Assembly (NCBI GenBank): GCA_037190965.1
Contig: JBBCKI010000025.1
Location: 1 to 47,235 of the forward strand
From: Chthoniobacteraceae bacterium
Lineage (GTDB): Bacteria > Verrucomicrobiota > Verrucomicrobiia > Chthoniobacterales > Chthoniobacteraceae
Length of the DNA: 47,235 nt
Direction: 5' to 3'
Below, one piece after another: positions 40,003 through 47,235 of the stretch. Under the pieces are notes generated by a model. It saw only the letters and a program-made list of their open reading frames with translations, had not been told where the DNA came from and searched no databases. The first letter of the stretch is position 1; every line of letters begins with the position of its first letter. The position numbers and the translations under genes are program-made.

Positions 40003-41040
40003 TCAGGAAGCCTGCCCGGTCTCGGAAATCTTGTGCTCGAGGTCTGAAACCTCCTGCTCGATTTTTCTGAGACTGGCATGTTCCGAAGGCCGGTAGAAAA
40101 GGTAAACGATCCCGCCCGCGATCCCCCACAGGACGAGCACCATGAAGCCCGTCAGCGAAATCACCGTTGCCATCGACTCGTTGATTCCGCAGAGATCGCC
40201 CAGCAGGTGAACAAAAAGTCCTTCGCGCACGCCCGCGCCCCCGATGCTGATCGGCAAAGCGGCAAGCGTGTTGACGATCGGCGTGATTGCCAGGAAGTCT
40301 CCAATGGAAACTTTGTCCGCGACCTGCGAGAACGCGCGCGCCACACAGTAGAAAAGGGCAAAGGAACCAAGATGCACCGGCACGGAAAAGAAAAGCGCCG
40401 CGAGGGATGAACGCCACGCCCGTCCGTAAAGATCATACGCCACGGAGATCTCCACCAGCTTGTCGCGCAACGGCAGGCGCGCGGGGAGTTTGTGAACCCA
40501 ACCCAGGCGGGTGATCGTGAAGGAAACGACCACGAAGGAGACGCTGCCGGCGAAGATCGCCAGCAATGTGTAGAGAAGCTTTGAGGCGTCGGCGGTTTGG
40601 GTCAGCCAATCATACCGGATGAAAATCACCAACCCCGCGATGCCGATTAGCGCCATGAGACCGATGACCCGGTCCATCAACACGGCTAGCAGCGCCGCGG
40701 CTTTTTTTCCCGGGGTCTCCTTCAGGAGATAGTAGATTTTGACGACATCGCCCCCGGTGCCGCCGGGCATGAAGATGTTGAAAAAAAGCCCGATCATGAC
40801 CAGCGCCGTAAGGCGGGCCCAACTGATCACCACATCCTGCACTCTCAGGAGGATCTGCCAGCGGGCGATGGCGAACGCCTCCACCAACCCGAAAGTCAGC
40901 AAAGCCATAATGAGCCAGAACGGATCGGCACTCGTGAGCGCCGCCCACATCTCCCGGTTGCGCGCGGGATCACGAAAAAGCCAGGCGAGAATGCCGACGG
41001 TGATGGCCGCCTGGATGACCGTTACGATGGATTTCTTCAT
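40003..41040 (-). CDS. Lysylphosphatidylglycerol-synthase TM / flippase-like protein
   Basis: RWQILL, FFNIFMPGGTGGDVVK, DRVIG, PISIGGAGVRE; ATGA overlap with the upstream gene. Confidence 0.85.
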   Translation of the reverse strand: MKKSIVTVIQAAITVGILAWLFRDPARNREMWAALTSADPFWLIMALLTFGLVEAFAIARWQILLRVQDVVISWARLTALVMIGLFFNIFMPGGTGGDVVKIYYLLKETPGKKAAALLAVLMDRVIGLMALIGIAGLVIFIRYDWLTQTADASKLLYTLLAIFAGSVSFVVVSFTITRLGWVHKLPARLPLRDKLVEISVAYDLYGRAWRSSLAALFFSVPVHLGSFALFYCVARAFSQVADKVSIGDFLAITPIVNTLAALPISIGGAGVREGLFVHLLGDLCGINESMATVISLTGFMVLVLWGIAGGIVYLFYRPSEHASLRKIEQEVSDLEHKISETGQAS

Positions 41041-41951
41041 GCGCCGAAGCGGCCCTTCCATTCCTTGAGCGATTCGGCGATCTCTTCGCAGGTGCGGCGT
41101 GGATTCATTTCCCAGACAAACAAACAATTTTTTGGCAGAAGGGGAATCAGTTTATCATATTCCACCGTTCCGCCGGTGAATGGGGCGGCGTGATCCCCGC
41201 CCGGCCAGACGACATCGTGCAAATGGCAGCCGAGGAGCCGGGGAGCGATGGAAGCCAGCCACCGCTCGTGATCAAGAAACCCGAGGTTGTGCTTCACCTG
41301 GATATGGCCAAAATCATGCCAATAACCCGCGACGCCCCCGTCGAATTCATCAAGCAGCCCGGGGAACTCCCGCTCACTCGGGATCTCCTCGTAGGAGTGG
41401 CGGCTTTCGATGCCAAGCCGGATCCCCTTCTCCCCGGCGTAATCGACCACCCGGCGCAGGCAGTCGCGCACGCGGGCCAGGTATTTGGGGGCAATCGCTT
41501 CGCGGTGCCGGACGGCTTCGAACTTGAGCCGGGCGTATTCGGGCAAGAGATGCTTGCCGGAGGAAGCCAGTTCGATCAGTTGCGCAGTGACCGGTTTCAT
41601 CACGACGCGCCCGCAATGAAGCACCACATATGGCGCCCCGAGACGGACGGCGTAATCGATGGTCTGGAGCGTCTGTTTCACGGCCCGTTCGCGTTCCGCC
41701 TCCCGGTAGGAGGAATATTGCAGGCAATCGGGCGATGCCCGCAGGATCTCCACCGGCAATGGGCAAAAGTTATGCAGACTGGAAAACTGCACCGCCCCTT
41801 TCTCAAACATCTTCTGAATGCCCGGAATGAGGGAAAGCCGAATGCCGTGCCCCAACTCCACGCGGTCGAAACCGAATTGCAGCAATTCGGAAATCATCTC
41901 CGCGCCGTCGGTATGACGGCCGGAGTTCCAGCAGGTTGAGATGGAGAGCAT
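41037..41951 (-). CDS. Sugar phosphate isomerase/epimerase (AP endonuclease 2 TIM barrel)
   Basis: SLHNF, VLHCG, GIE, WHDFGH, HLHD, WE. Confidence 0.85.
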   Translation of the reverse strand: MLSISTCWNSGRHTDGAEMISELLQFGFDRVELGHGIRLSLIPGIQKMFEKGAVQFSSLHNFCPLPVEILRASPDCLQYSSYREAERERAVKQTLQTIDYAVRLGAPYVVLHCGRVVMKPVTAQLIELASSGKHLLPEYARLKFEAVRHREAIAPKYLARVRDCLRRVVDYAGEKGIRLGIESRHSYEEIPSEREFPGLLDEFDGGVAGYWHDFGHIQVKHNLGFLDHERWLASIAPRLLGCHLHDVVWPGGDHAAPFTGGTVEYDKLIPLLPKNCLFVWEMNPRRTCEEIAESLKEWKGRFGA

Positions 41952-41962
41952 CAGAAATAAAC

Positions 41963-42145
41963 CTACGGCGTCTTCTCAAAAGGCATCCCTCGCTCGCCAT
42001 TATTGAGCTTGCGCAAAAGTGCATCCTTTCGCGGATCTCCCGCCGGGCGCCGCAACTCGATATCGCCGATGGCGCGAACGACAACGGCACGGCGTGCCGC
42101 CCTTCCCTTTTCCCAATCCTCCCAAGAAATGGTGCGCGTCAGCAT
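41963..42145 (-). CDS. Small hypothetical protein (60 aa)
   Basis: Starts 3 nt after the nucleotidyltransferase stop and fills the gap to the next gene. Confidence 0.45.
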   Translation of the reverse strand: MLTRTISWEDWEKGRAARRAVVVRAIGDIELRRPAGDPRKDALLRKLNNGERGMPFEKTP

Positions 42146-42148
42146 CTG

Positions 42149-42736
42149 TTACTGTTTCCGGCTTTCAAGTTCCGCGATCAATGTGTGCAATTCCTCTGAA
42201 ACACGATAATCGGGCGATTTTGCCACCCGTTCAAGCTCCTCGAAATCAATTTCTACTTCCCCCGCAATCGCAACCGCCAAAAGGGCACGCGCTACATTGA
42301 GTCGATTTTCATCCCTGGCCGGCACCGTTGCCACAAGAATCCGCTCCGCAATAAGGTCCTCAATCTGGATCAACTTAAGCTTTCCGATCTGTTGAAATGC
42401 AGCCGTCGAGGTAGTTTCCACCGATCCCAGGAGATCCACCATCACTCCACATACGTCCCATCTGCGAACTCCCAAAGGTCGCCCGACAAGCGACATCACC
42501 TCTTCTCGCTCTCTGGGAGTCGGAAGCCTCTGGCCTGTTTGGCAAATGTCCACGTCGCCAGAGACATAGTGGCCTTCAGTATAGAATTCCACCGCTGAGC
42601 CCCCCACAATCACAGGATCGCACCCAATCTCGCGGAACAGCTCAGTCACCAACTCGGCAACCTTCAAATTCTTGCGGCTTGCATTCGTTTCGGCGTTGAT
42701 CTCTTCAAGGCGCCGATTCAAATCGGGTGTATTCAT
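42149..42736 (-). CDS. Minimal nucleotidyltransferase-fold protein (DUF6036/AbiEii-like)
   Basis: VIVGGSAV....Y.SGDVD pattern, later VDLL and EDLIAER. Confidence 0.65.
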   Translation of the reverse strand: MNTPDLNRRLEEINAETNASRKNLKVAELVTELFREIGCDPVIVGGSAVEFYTEGHYVSGDVDICQTGQRLPTPREREEVMSLVGRPLGVRRWDVCGVMVDLLGSVETTSTAAFQQIGKLKLIQIEDLIAERILVATVPARDENRLNVARALLAVAIAGEVEIDFEELERVAKSPDYRVSEELHTLIAELESRKQ

Positions 42737-42755
42737 TTTCTCTCCGGTAGTTTTG

Positions 42756-45299
42756 CTACGGAGCCCAAGTAATCAGCCTTAGTTCATGTGGCTGCGTCAG
42801 GTCCGGATTGTGCGGGATGACCCTCACGCTGAACCCGTATGCGCCGCTCTCCGCGGCGGGCACCGAGCCCCGGTAGAGATAATCCCCATGGGCGTCCTTC
42901 TTTGACTCGAAGAGATCGAAGGCAACCGGATGGAAAATCTGGTTGTCGTCGGTTTCGCCGACGTAAGCCTGCACGCGGACATACTCCGGGCTAAGCTCGC
43001 CGAGATGGACCTTCGCTTCGATGGTCAGCGATTCGCCCACGAGAATGTTCACGCGGTCCTCGTTGGCGATCTGCACGTCGCTGATCCGCACCTGCGGCCA
43101 GAGACTGCGCATATCGGCCTTCCATTGGGAGACCTCGCGCGCTTTCGCGGCGTTGTCCTTGCCCAGCTTGGCATGCGCGGCGGCGGCGGGCTCGTAGAGC
43201 AGTTCGCTATATTCCTCCACCATCCGCTGGGTGTTGAAGACCGGGGTGACGCTCCGGATCGACTCGCGCATCAATTGCAGCCATGCAATGGGCAGGCGGC
43301 CATCGGGCTTGGCGTAATAAAGCGGGACGATGTGGTTCTCCAGAATGTGAAAGAGGCTCGCGGTATCGACTTCGTTCTGGAACTCGACCGAACCGTCCAC
43401 GATCTCCGCGCCGATGGCCCAGCCGTTCTTGCCGTTGTAGCTCTCGCACCACCAGCCATCGAGCACGCTGAGGTTCAAACCGCCGTTCGGTGGGAGCTTC
43501 ATGCCGCTGGTGCCGCTGGCCTCCAGCGGGCGGAGCGGGTTATTGAGCCAAAGATCAACCCCCTGCGTGAGCCTGCGCCCGATGTAGGTGTCGTAATCCT
43601 CCACAAAGATGATCCGGTTCTCCAGCCCCGCCTCGCGGGACCAGCGGTAAACCTCCTGGATGAGCCGCTTGCCTCCCTCGTCTTTGGGGTGAGCCTTGCC
43701 CGCGAAGACAAACTGCACGGGGCGCTCGGGATTGGTGACCATCCGCTTGACCCGTTCGACATCCGAGAAGAGCAGCGTACCGCGCTTGTAAGTGGCGAAC
43801 CGGCGGGCGAACCCGATGGTCAGCACCTCGGGATTGAGGATCTGGTTGACCTGCCGGATATTCTCCGGGGATTCGCCAATCCGCTCGCGCTGGGCGCGGA
43901 CGCGCTGGCGGACAAAATCGACCAGCCGCCGCTTGAGCGAAAGGTGAGTCTCCCACAGCTCTTCGTCGGGAATATCGATCACGCCGCGCCAGAACTCCTG
44001 GTTGGTCAGGTTCTCCTCCCAATCGGGCAGATAGCGATCGTAAAGGGCCGCGAACTCCGGCGCCAGCCACGTCTTGGTGTGGATGCCGTTGGTGATGCTG
44101 ACGATGGGGACTTCATCCTCGGGAACTCCGGCCCAGACATCCCTCCAGAGCTTCCGGCTCACCTCGCCGTGCAGTTTGCTCACGCCATTGGCATGACGGC
44201 TGGTGCGCAGGGCAAGGATCGTCATCGAGAAGGCGTCCACCTTGTTCACGGTCGCCTGCCCGAAGGAGAAAAACTCGTCAAAGGGAATCCCGACCCGCGC
44301 CGGGTAATCGCCAAAGTATTTCTGCATCAGGTCGCGCGGAAAGGCGTCGTTGCCTGCAGGGACGGGCGTGTGCGTCGTAAAGACGTTCCCCGCCGCCACG
44401 AGTTGCAGGGCACTCTTGAAATCGAGCCCCTTCTCCTGAACGCCGCGCCGGATCAACTCCAGCGAAAGGAACGCGGAGTGCCCCTCGTTCATGTGGTAAA
44501 CCTGCGGCTTGTGCCCCATCGCGTGGAGCGCGTGAATGCCGCCGATCCCCAGGACGATTTCCTGCTTGATCCGCATCTCCAGGTCGCCGCCGTAGAGATG
44601 CGCGGTGATGAGCCGGTCTTCGTGACTGTTCTCGGGAATGTCGGTGTCGAGAAGGAAGAGCTTGATGCGCCCGATCTGCATCTCCCAGACCTTCGCGTAC
44701 ACGTCGCGGTTCAGGACGCGAACGCTGATCAAAAGCGGGAGCTCGCCCAACCGCACCTCGCGAATCGGCAGGTGATGAAAATTCTGGTTGAGGCTGACGC
44801 TTTCCTGCCATCCTTCCTTGTTGATCTGCTGCTTGAAGTACCCGTGCCGGTACAAAAGGGTGATCGCCACGAAGTTCAGCCCCAGGTCGCTCGCCGACTT
44901 GCAATGGTCGCCCGACAAAATTCCGAGACCGCCCGAGTAGTTGGGGACTGACTCATGAAAGCCGAACTCGGCGGAAAAATACGCCACCAGCCCGGTCTTG
45001 CGGGTGCTGCCGTAAGTGTCCTTGCGATCCATGTACGCCTTCAGCTCAGCATGGACAACGCCCAGTTCCCGCAAAAATTGTTCATCCCCGGCAAGCTCGA
45101 TCAGACGCGCCTGACGGCAAAGCTGGAGCATCCGCACCGGGTTGTGATTGGTCCGGTGCCAAAGATCGGGATCGAGATGGCGGAAAAGTTTGCGGGCCGA
45201 CGGCTCCCACGTCCACCACAGGTTGCAAACAATCTCGCGAAGCGGCTCGAGTTCGGCCGGCAGTTTCGGAATGACGTTAAAGGTAAATAACGGCTGCAT
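42756..45299 (-). CDS. glgP: Alpha-glucan (glycogen) phosphorylase
   Basis: YFSAEFG, YSGGLG, HMNEGH, FARRFATYKR, GKAHP, EASGTSGMK (PLP Lys). Confidence 0.96.
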   Translation of the reverse strand: MQPLFTFNVIPKLPAELEPLREIVCNLWWTWEPSARKLFRHLDPDLWHRTNHNPVRMLQLCRQARLIELAGDEQFLRELGVVHAELKAYMDRKDTYGSTRKTGLVAYFSAEFGFHESVPNYSGGLGILSGDHCKSASDLGLNFVAITLLYRHGYFKQQINKEGWQESVSLNQNFHHLPIREVRLGELPLLISVRVLNRDVYAKVWEMQIGRIKLFLLDTDIPENSHEDRLITAHLYGGDLEMRIKQEIVLGIGGIHALHAMGHKPQVYHMNEGHSAFLSLELIRRGVQEKGLDFKSALQLVAAGNVFTTHTPVPAGNDAFPRDLMQKYFGDYPARVGIPFDEFFSFGQATVNKVDAFSMTILALRTSRHANGVSKLHGEVSRKLWRDVWAGVPEDEVPIVSITNGIHTKTWLAPEFAALYDRYLPDWEENLTNQEFWRGVIDIPDEELWETHLSLKRRLVDFVRQRVRAQRERIGESPENIRQVNQILNPEVLTIGFARRFATYKRGTLLFSDVERVKRMVTNPERPVQFVFAGKAHPKDEGGKRLIQEVYRWSREAGLENRIIFVEDYDTYIGRRLTQGVDLWLNNPLRPLEASGTSGMKLPPNGGLNLSVLDGWWCESYNGKNGWAIGAEIVDGSVEFQNEVDTASLFHILENHIVPLYYAKPDGRLPIAWLQLMRESIRSVTPVFNTQRMVEEYSELLYEPAAAAHAKLGKDNAAKAREVSQWKADMRSLWPQVRISDVQIANEDRVNILVGESLTIEAKVHLGELSPEYVRVQAYVGETDDNQIFHPVAFDLFESKKDAHGDYLYRGSVPAAESGAYGFSVRVIPHNPDLTQPHELRLITWAP

Positions 45300-45538
45300 G
45301 AAAATGTCTCCCTGATCCCGTGTTGCCCCCTGGTGTTTTACAGGGGCGGGGGCTGACCTTACCGGCGTGAAACCGGGATGCAAGTCCAGAAAAATTCGCG
45401 CCCCCCGGTGCGAAAACGGCTTTATGATTTCCTCCTCAGGATACGCCGTGCTAAGAATTGATCGACAATCCGATAAGCCTTGCAGGATTTTTCGGTTTGA
45501 CGATTGAGTTTTTCCCTAAGAGACTCCCCGCCCTTTCC

Positions 45539-46015
45539 ATGCGTCATACACTATCGGTTCTGGTCGAAAATAAATTCGGCGTGCTTACTCGCATCGCCGG
45601 AATGTTCAGCGGTCGCGGTTTCAACATTGACACCCTGAATGTAGGCCCGACCCTCGACCCCACACGCTCGCGGATGACCATCGTCGTTCGCGGCGATGAC
45701 GCGGTGCTCGAACAAGTCACCAAGCAGCTCAACAAGCTCATCGATGTCATCGACATCCAGGACTTCCGCGAAGACGAGTATGTCGACCGCGAATTGCTCC
45801 TCCTCCGCGTCAACGCCGACGCCAGCAACCGCGCCGAGCTGATGCAGATTTGCGATATTTTCCGCGCCAAGATCATCGACGTGCAGCACAAGAACCTCGC
45901 CATCGAAATCACCGGCAACGAAAGCAAAATCGAGAAGTTCCTCCTTTTGATGGAACCCTTCGGGATTTGCGAACTCACCCGTACCGGCAAGGTCGCTCTG
46001 GCCCGTCGTCAATAA
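45539..46015 (+). CDS. ilvN: Acetolactate synthase small subunit
   Basis: HTLSVLVENKFGVL.R..GFNI, KQLNKLIDV, RTGKVAL. Confidence 0.95.
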   Translation: MRHTLSVLVENKFGVLTRIAGMFSGRGFNIDTLNVGPTLDPTRSRMTIVVRGDDAVLEQVTKQLNKLIDVIDIQDFREDEYVDRELLLLRVNADASNRAELMQICDIFRAKIIDVQHKNLAIEITGNESKIEKFLLLMEPFGICELTRTGKVALARRQ

Positions 46016-46062
46016 GCCCCAATATCCCTTAGGGCACCTGTAACCACTCATCAGTCAACCGT

Positions 46063-47088
46063 ATGCCAGCCAAAATCTATACCGACAAAGACGCCTCCCT
46101 CGACCCTCTTCTGGGTAAAACCGCCGCCGTAATCGGCTTCGGTTCACAGGGGCATGCCCACGCGCTCAACCTGAAGGACTCGGGCGTCAAAGTCATCATC
46201 GGCCTCTACCCGGGCAGCAAATCCCGCGAGGTGGCGAAGGAAAAAGGCTTCGAAGTTTACGATACCGCAGAGGCCGTGAAGAAGGCTGACGTCATCTTCG
46301 TCGCCGTTCCCGACACAAAGATTCCCGCCGTTTACAACGCGGACATCGCCCCTCACCTCGACAAGAGCAAGACGCTCCTCTTCAGCCACGGCTTTGCCAT
46401 CCACTTCAAGACGATCGAAGTGCCTGAAAACGTGGACGTGATCCTCGTTGCCCCGAAGGGCCCGGGCCACATCGTTCGCCGTCAGTTCACCGAAGGCAAA
46501 GGCGTTCCCGCCTTGATCGCCGTCTACCAGAACCCGAGCAAGAAGGCCAAGAAGGTCGCGCTCGCCTGGGCCAAGGGCGTCGGCGGCACCCGCGCCGGGG
46601 TCATCGAAACCAGCTTCAAGGAAGAGACCGAGACCGATCTCTTCGGCGAACAGGTCGTCCTCTGCGGCGGCGCCAGCGCGCTCGTCCAGGCCGGGTTTGA
46701 AGTTCTCGTCGAAGCCGGTTACTCCCCGGAGATGGCCTACTTCGAGTGCCTCCACGAACTGAAGCTGATCGTTGACCTGATGAACGAATCCGGCATCGCC
46801 GGGATGCGCTTCTCGATCTCCGAGACCGCCAAGTGGGGCGACGTCACCATCGGGCCTCGCATCATCGACGCCAGCGTCAAAAAGAAGATGGAGAAAGTGC
46901 TCAAAGAGATCCAGTCCGGCAAGTTCGCCAAGGAATGGGTCAAGGAGTACGAAGGCGGCTACAAGACCTACAATGCCCTCCTCAAGGCAGGCGAGAAGCA
47001 CCCGATCGAGAAGGTCGGAGCACGCCTCCGCAGCACGATGCCCTGGATTCAGAAGAAGAACCTCAAGGGCGCTCAGGCCGCTTACTAA
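46063..47088 (+). CDS. ilvC: Ketol-acid reductoisomerase
   Basis: [37 protein letters not shown]. Confidence 0.98.
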   Translation: MPAKIYTDKDASLDPLLGKTAAVIGFGSQGHAHALNLKDSGVKVIIGLYPGSKSREVAKEKGFEVYDTAEAVKKADVIFVAVPDTKIPAVYNADIAPHLDKSKTLLFSHGFAIHFKTIEVPENVDVILVAPKGPGHIVRRQFTEGKGVPALIAVYQNPSKKAKKVALAWAKGVGGTRAGVIETSFKEETETDLFGEQVVLCGGASALVQAGFEVLVEAGYSPEMAYFECLHELKLIVDLMNESGIAGMRFSISETAKWGDVTIGPRIIDASVKKKMEKVLKEIQSGKFAKEWVKEYEGGYKTYNALLKAGEKHPIEKVGARLRSTMPWIQKKNLKGAQAAY

Positions 47089-47113
47089 GCGACTGCTTTA
47101 GCCAAAAAATCTT

Positions 47114-47151
47114 AAAAGGCCGTCCGCGCGAAAGCTCGGACGGCTTTTTTT
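47114..47151 (+). terminator. Intrinsic terminator after ilvC
   Basis: GCCGTCCG..GAAA..CGGACGGC followed by T7. Confidence 0.85.
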
Positions 47152-47172
47152 GTTGGCGGGAGCGTCGCGCCA

Positions 47173-47235
47173 CGGCGTCGCGGAGCTCCGCCCTCCGGAG
47201 TAGAGCGCTGCCGCGCATTGCTTCTAACGGAGAGC
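47173..47235. repeat. REPIN-like element, family B copy 3 (cut by window end)
   Basis: CGGCGTCGCGGAGCTCCGCCCTCCG followed by GCGCTGCCGCGC, similar to the copy-1 spacer. Confidence 0.7.

Noticed and set aside
42930..44951. 673-aa plus-strand ORF
   Set aside because: Codon-aligned antisense mirror of glgP

Overview
GC-rich bacterial chromosome segment, probably Verrucomicrobiota (Chthoniobacter-like). The taxon is inferred from the style of the proteins and is not proven. Positions 1-12.8 kb hold a cellulose-synthase-type locus: an atypical FixJ/LuxR regulator, bcsA, a divergent bcsB-like gene, a short bcsC-like gene, a REC-PAS-GGDEF-EAL protein and an abutting secreted GH5-like/CBM hydrolase. 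No bcsZ (GH8) is seen. The rest is mostly housekeeping: mreBCD-mrdA-RNase E/G, prs-rplY-pth-rpsF-ssb, gatCA, speA, oppBC, glgP and ilvN-ilvC. Accessory genes include an orphan beta-class DNA methyltransferase, an SRPBCC cyclase plus ketosynthase pair, a sulfotransferase-like gene, and a lower-GC nucleotidyltransferase followed by a small ORF. Non-coding highlights are an unannotated ~163-nt rod-shaped fold-back (20005-20167) whose G-U pairs favour a + strand RNA, and two families of REP/REPIN-like inverted-repeat elements (three loci each). No tRNA, rRNA, CRISPR array or transposase was recognised. All calls come from reading motifs by eye; no searches were run.
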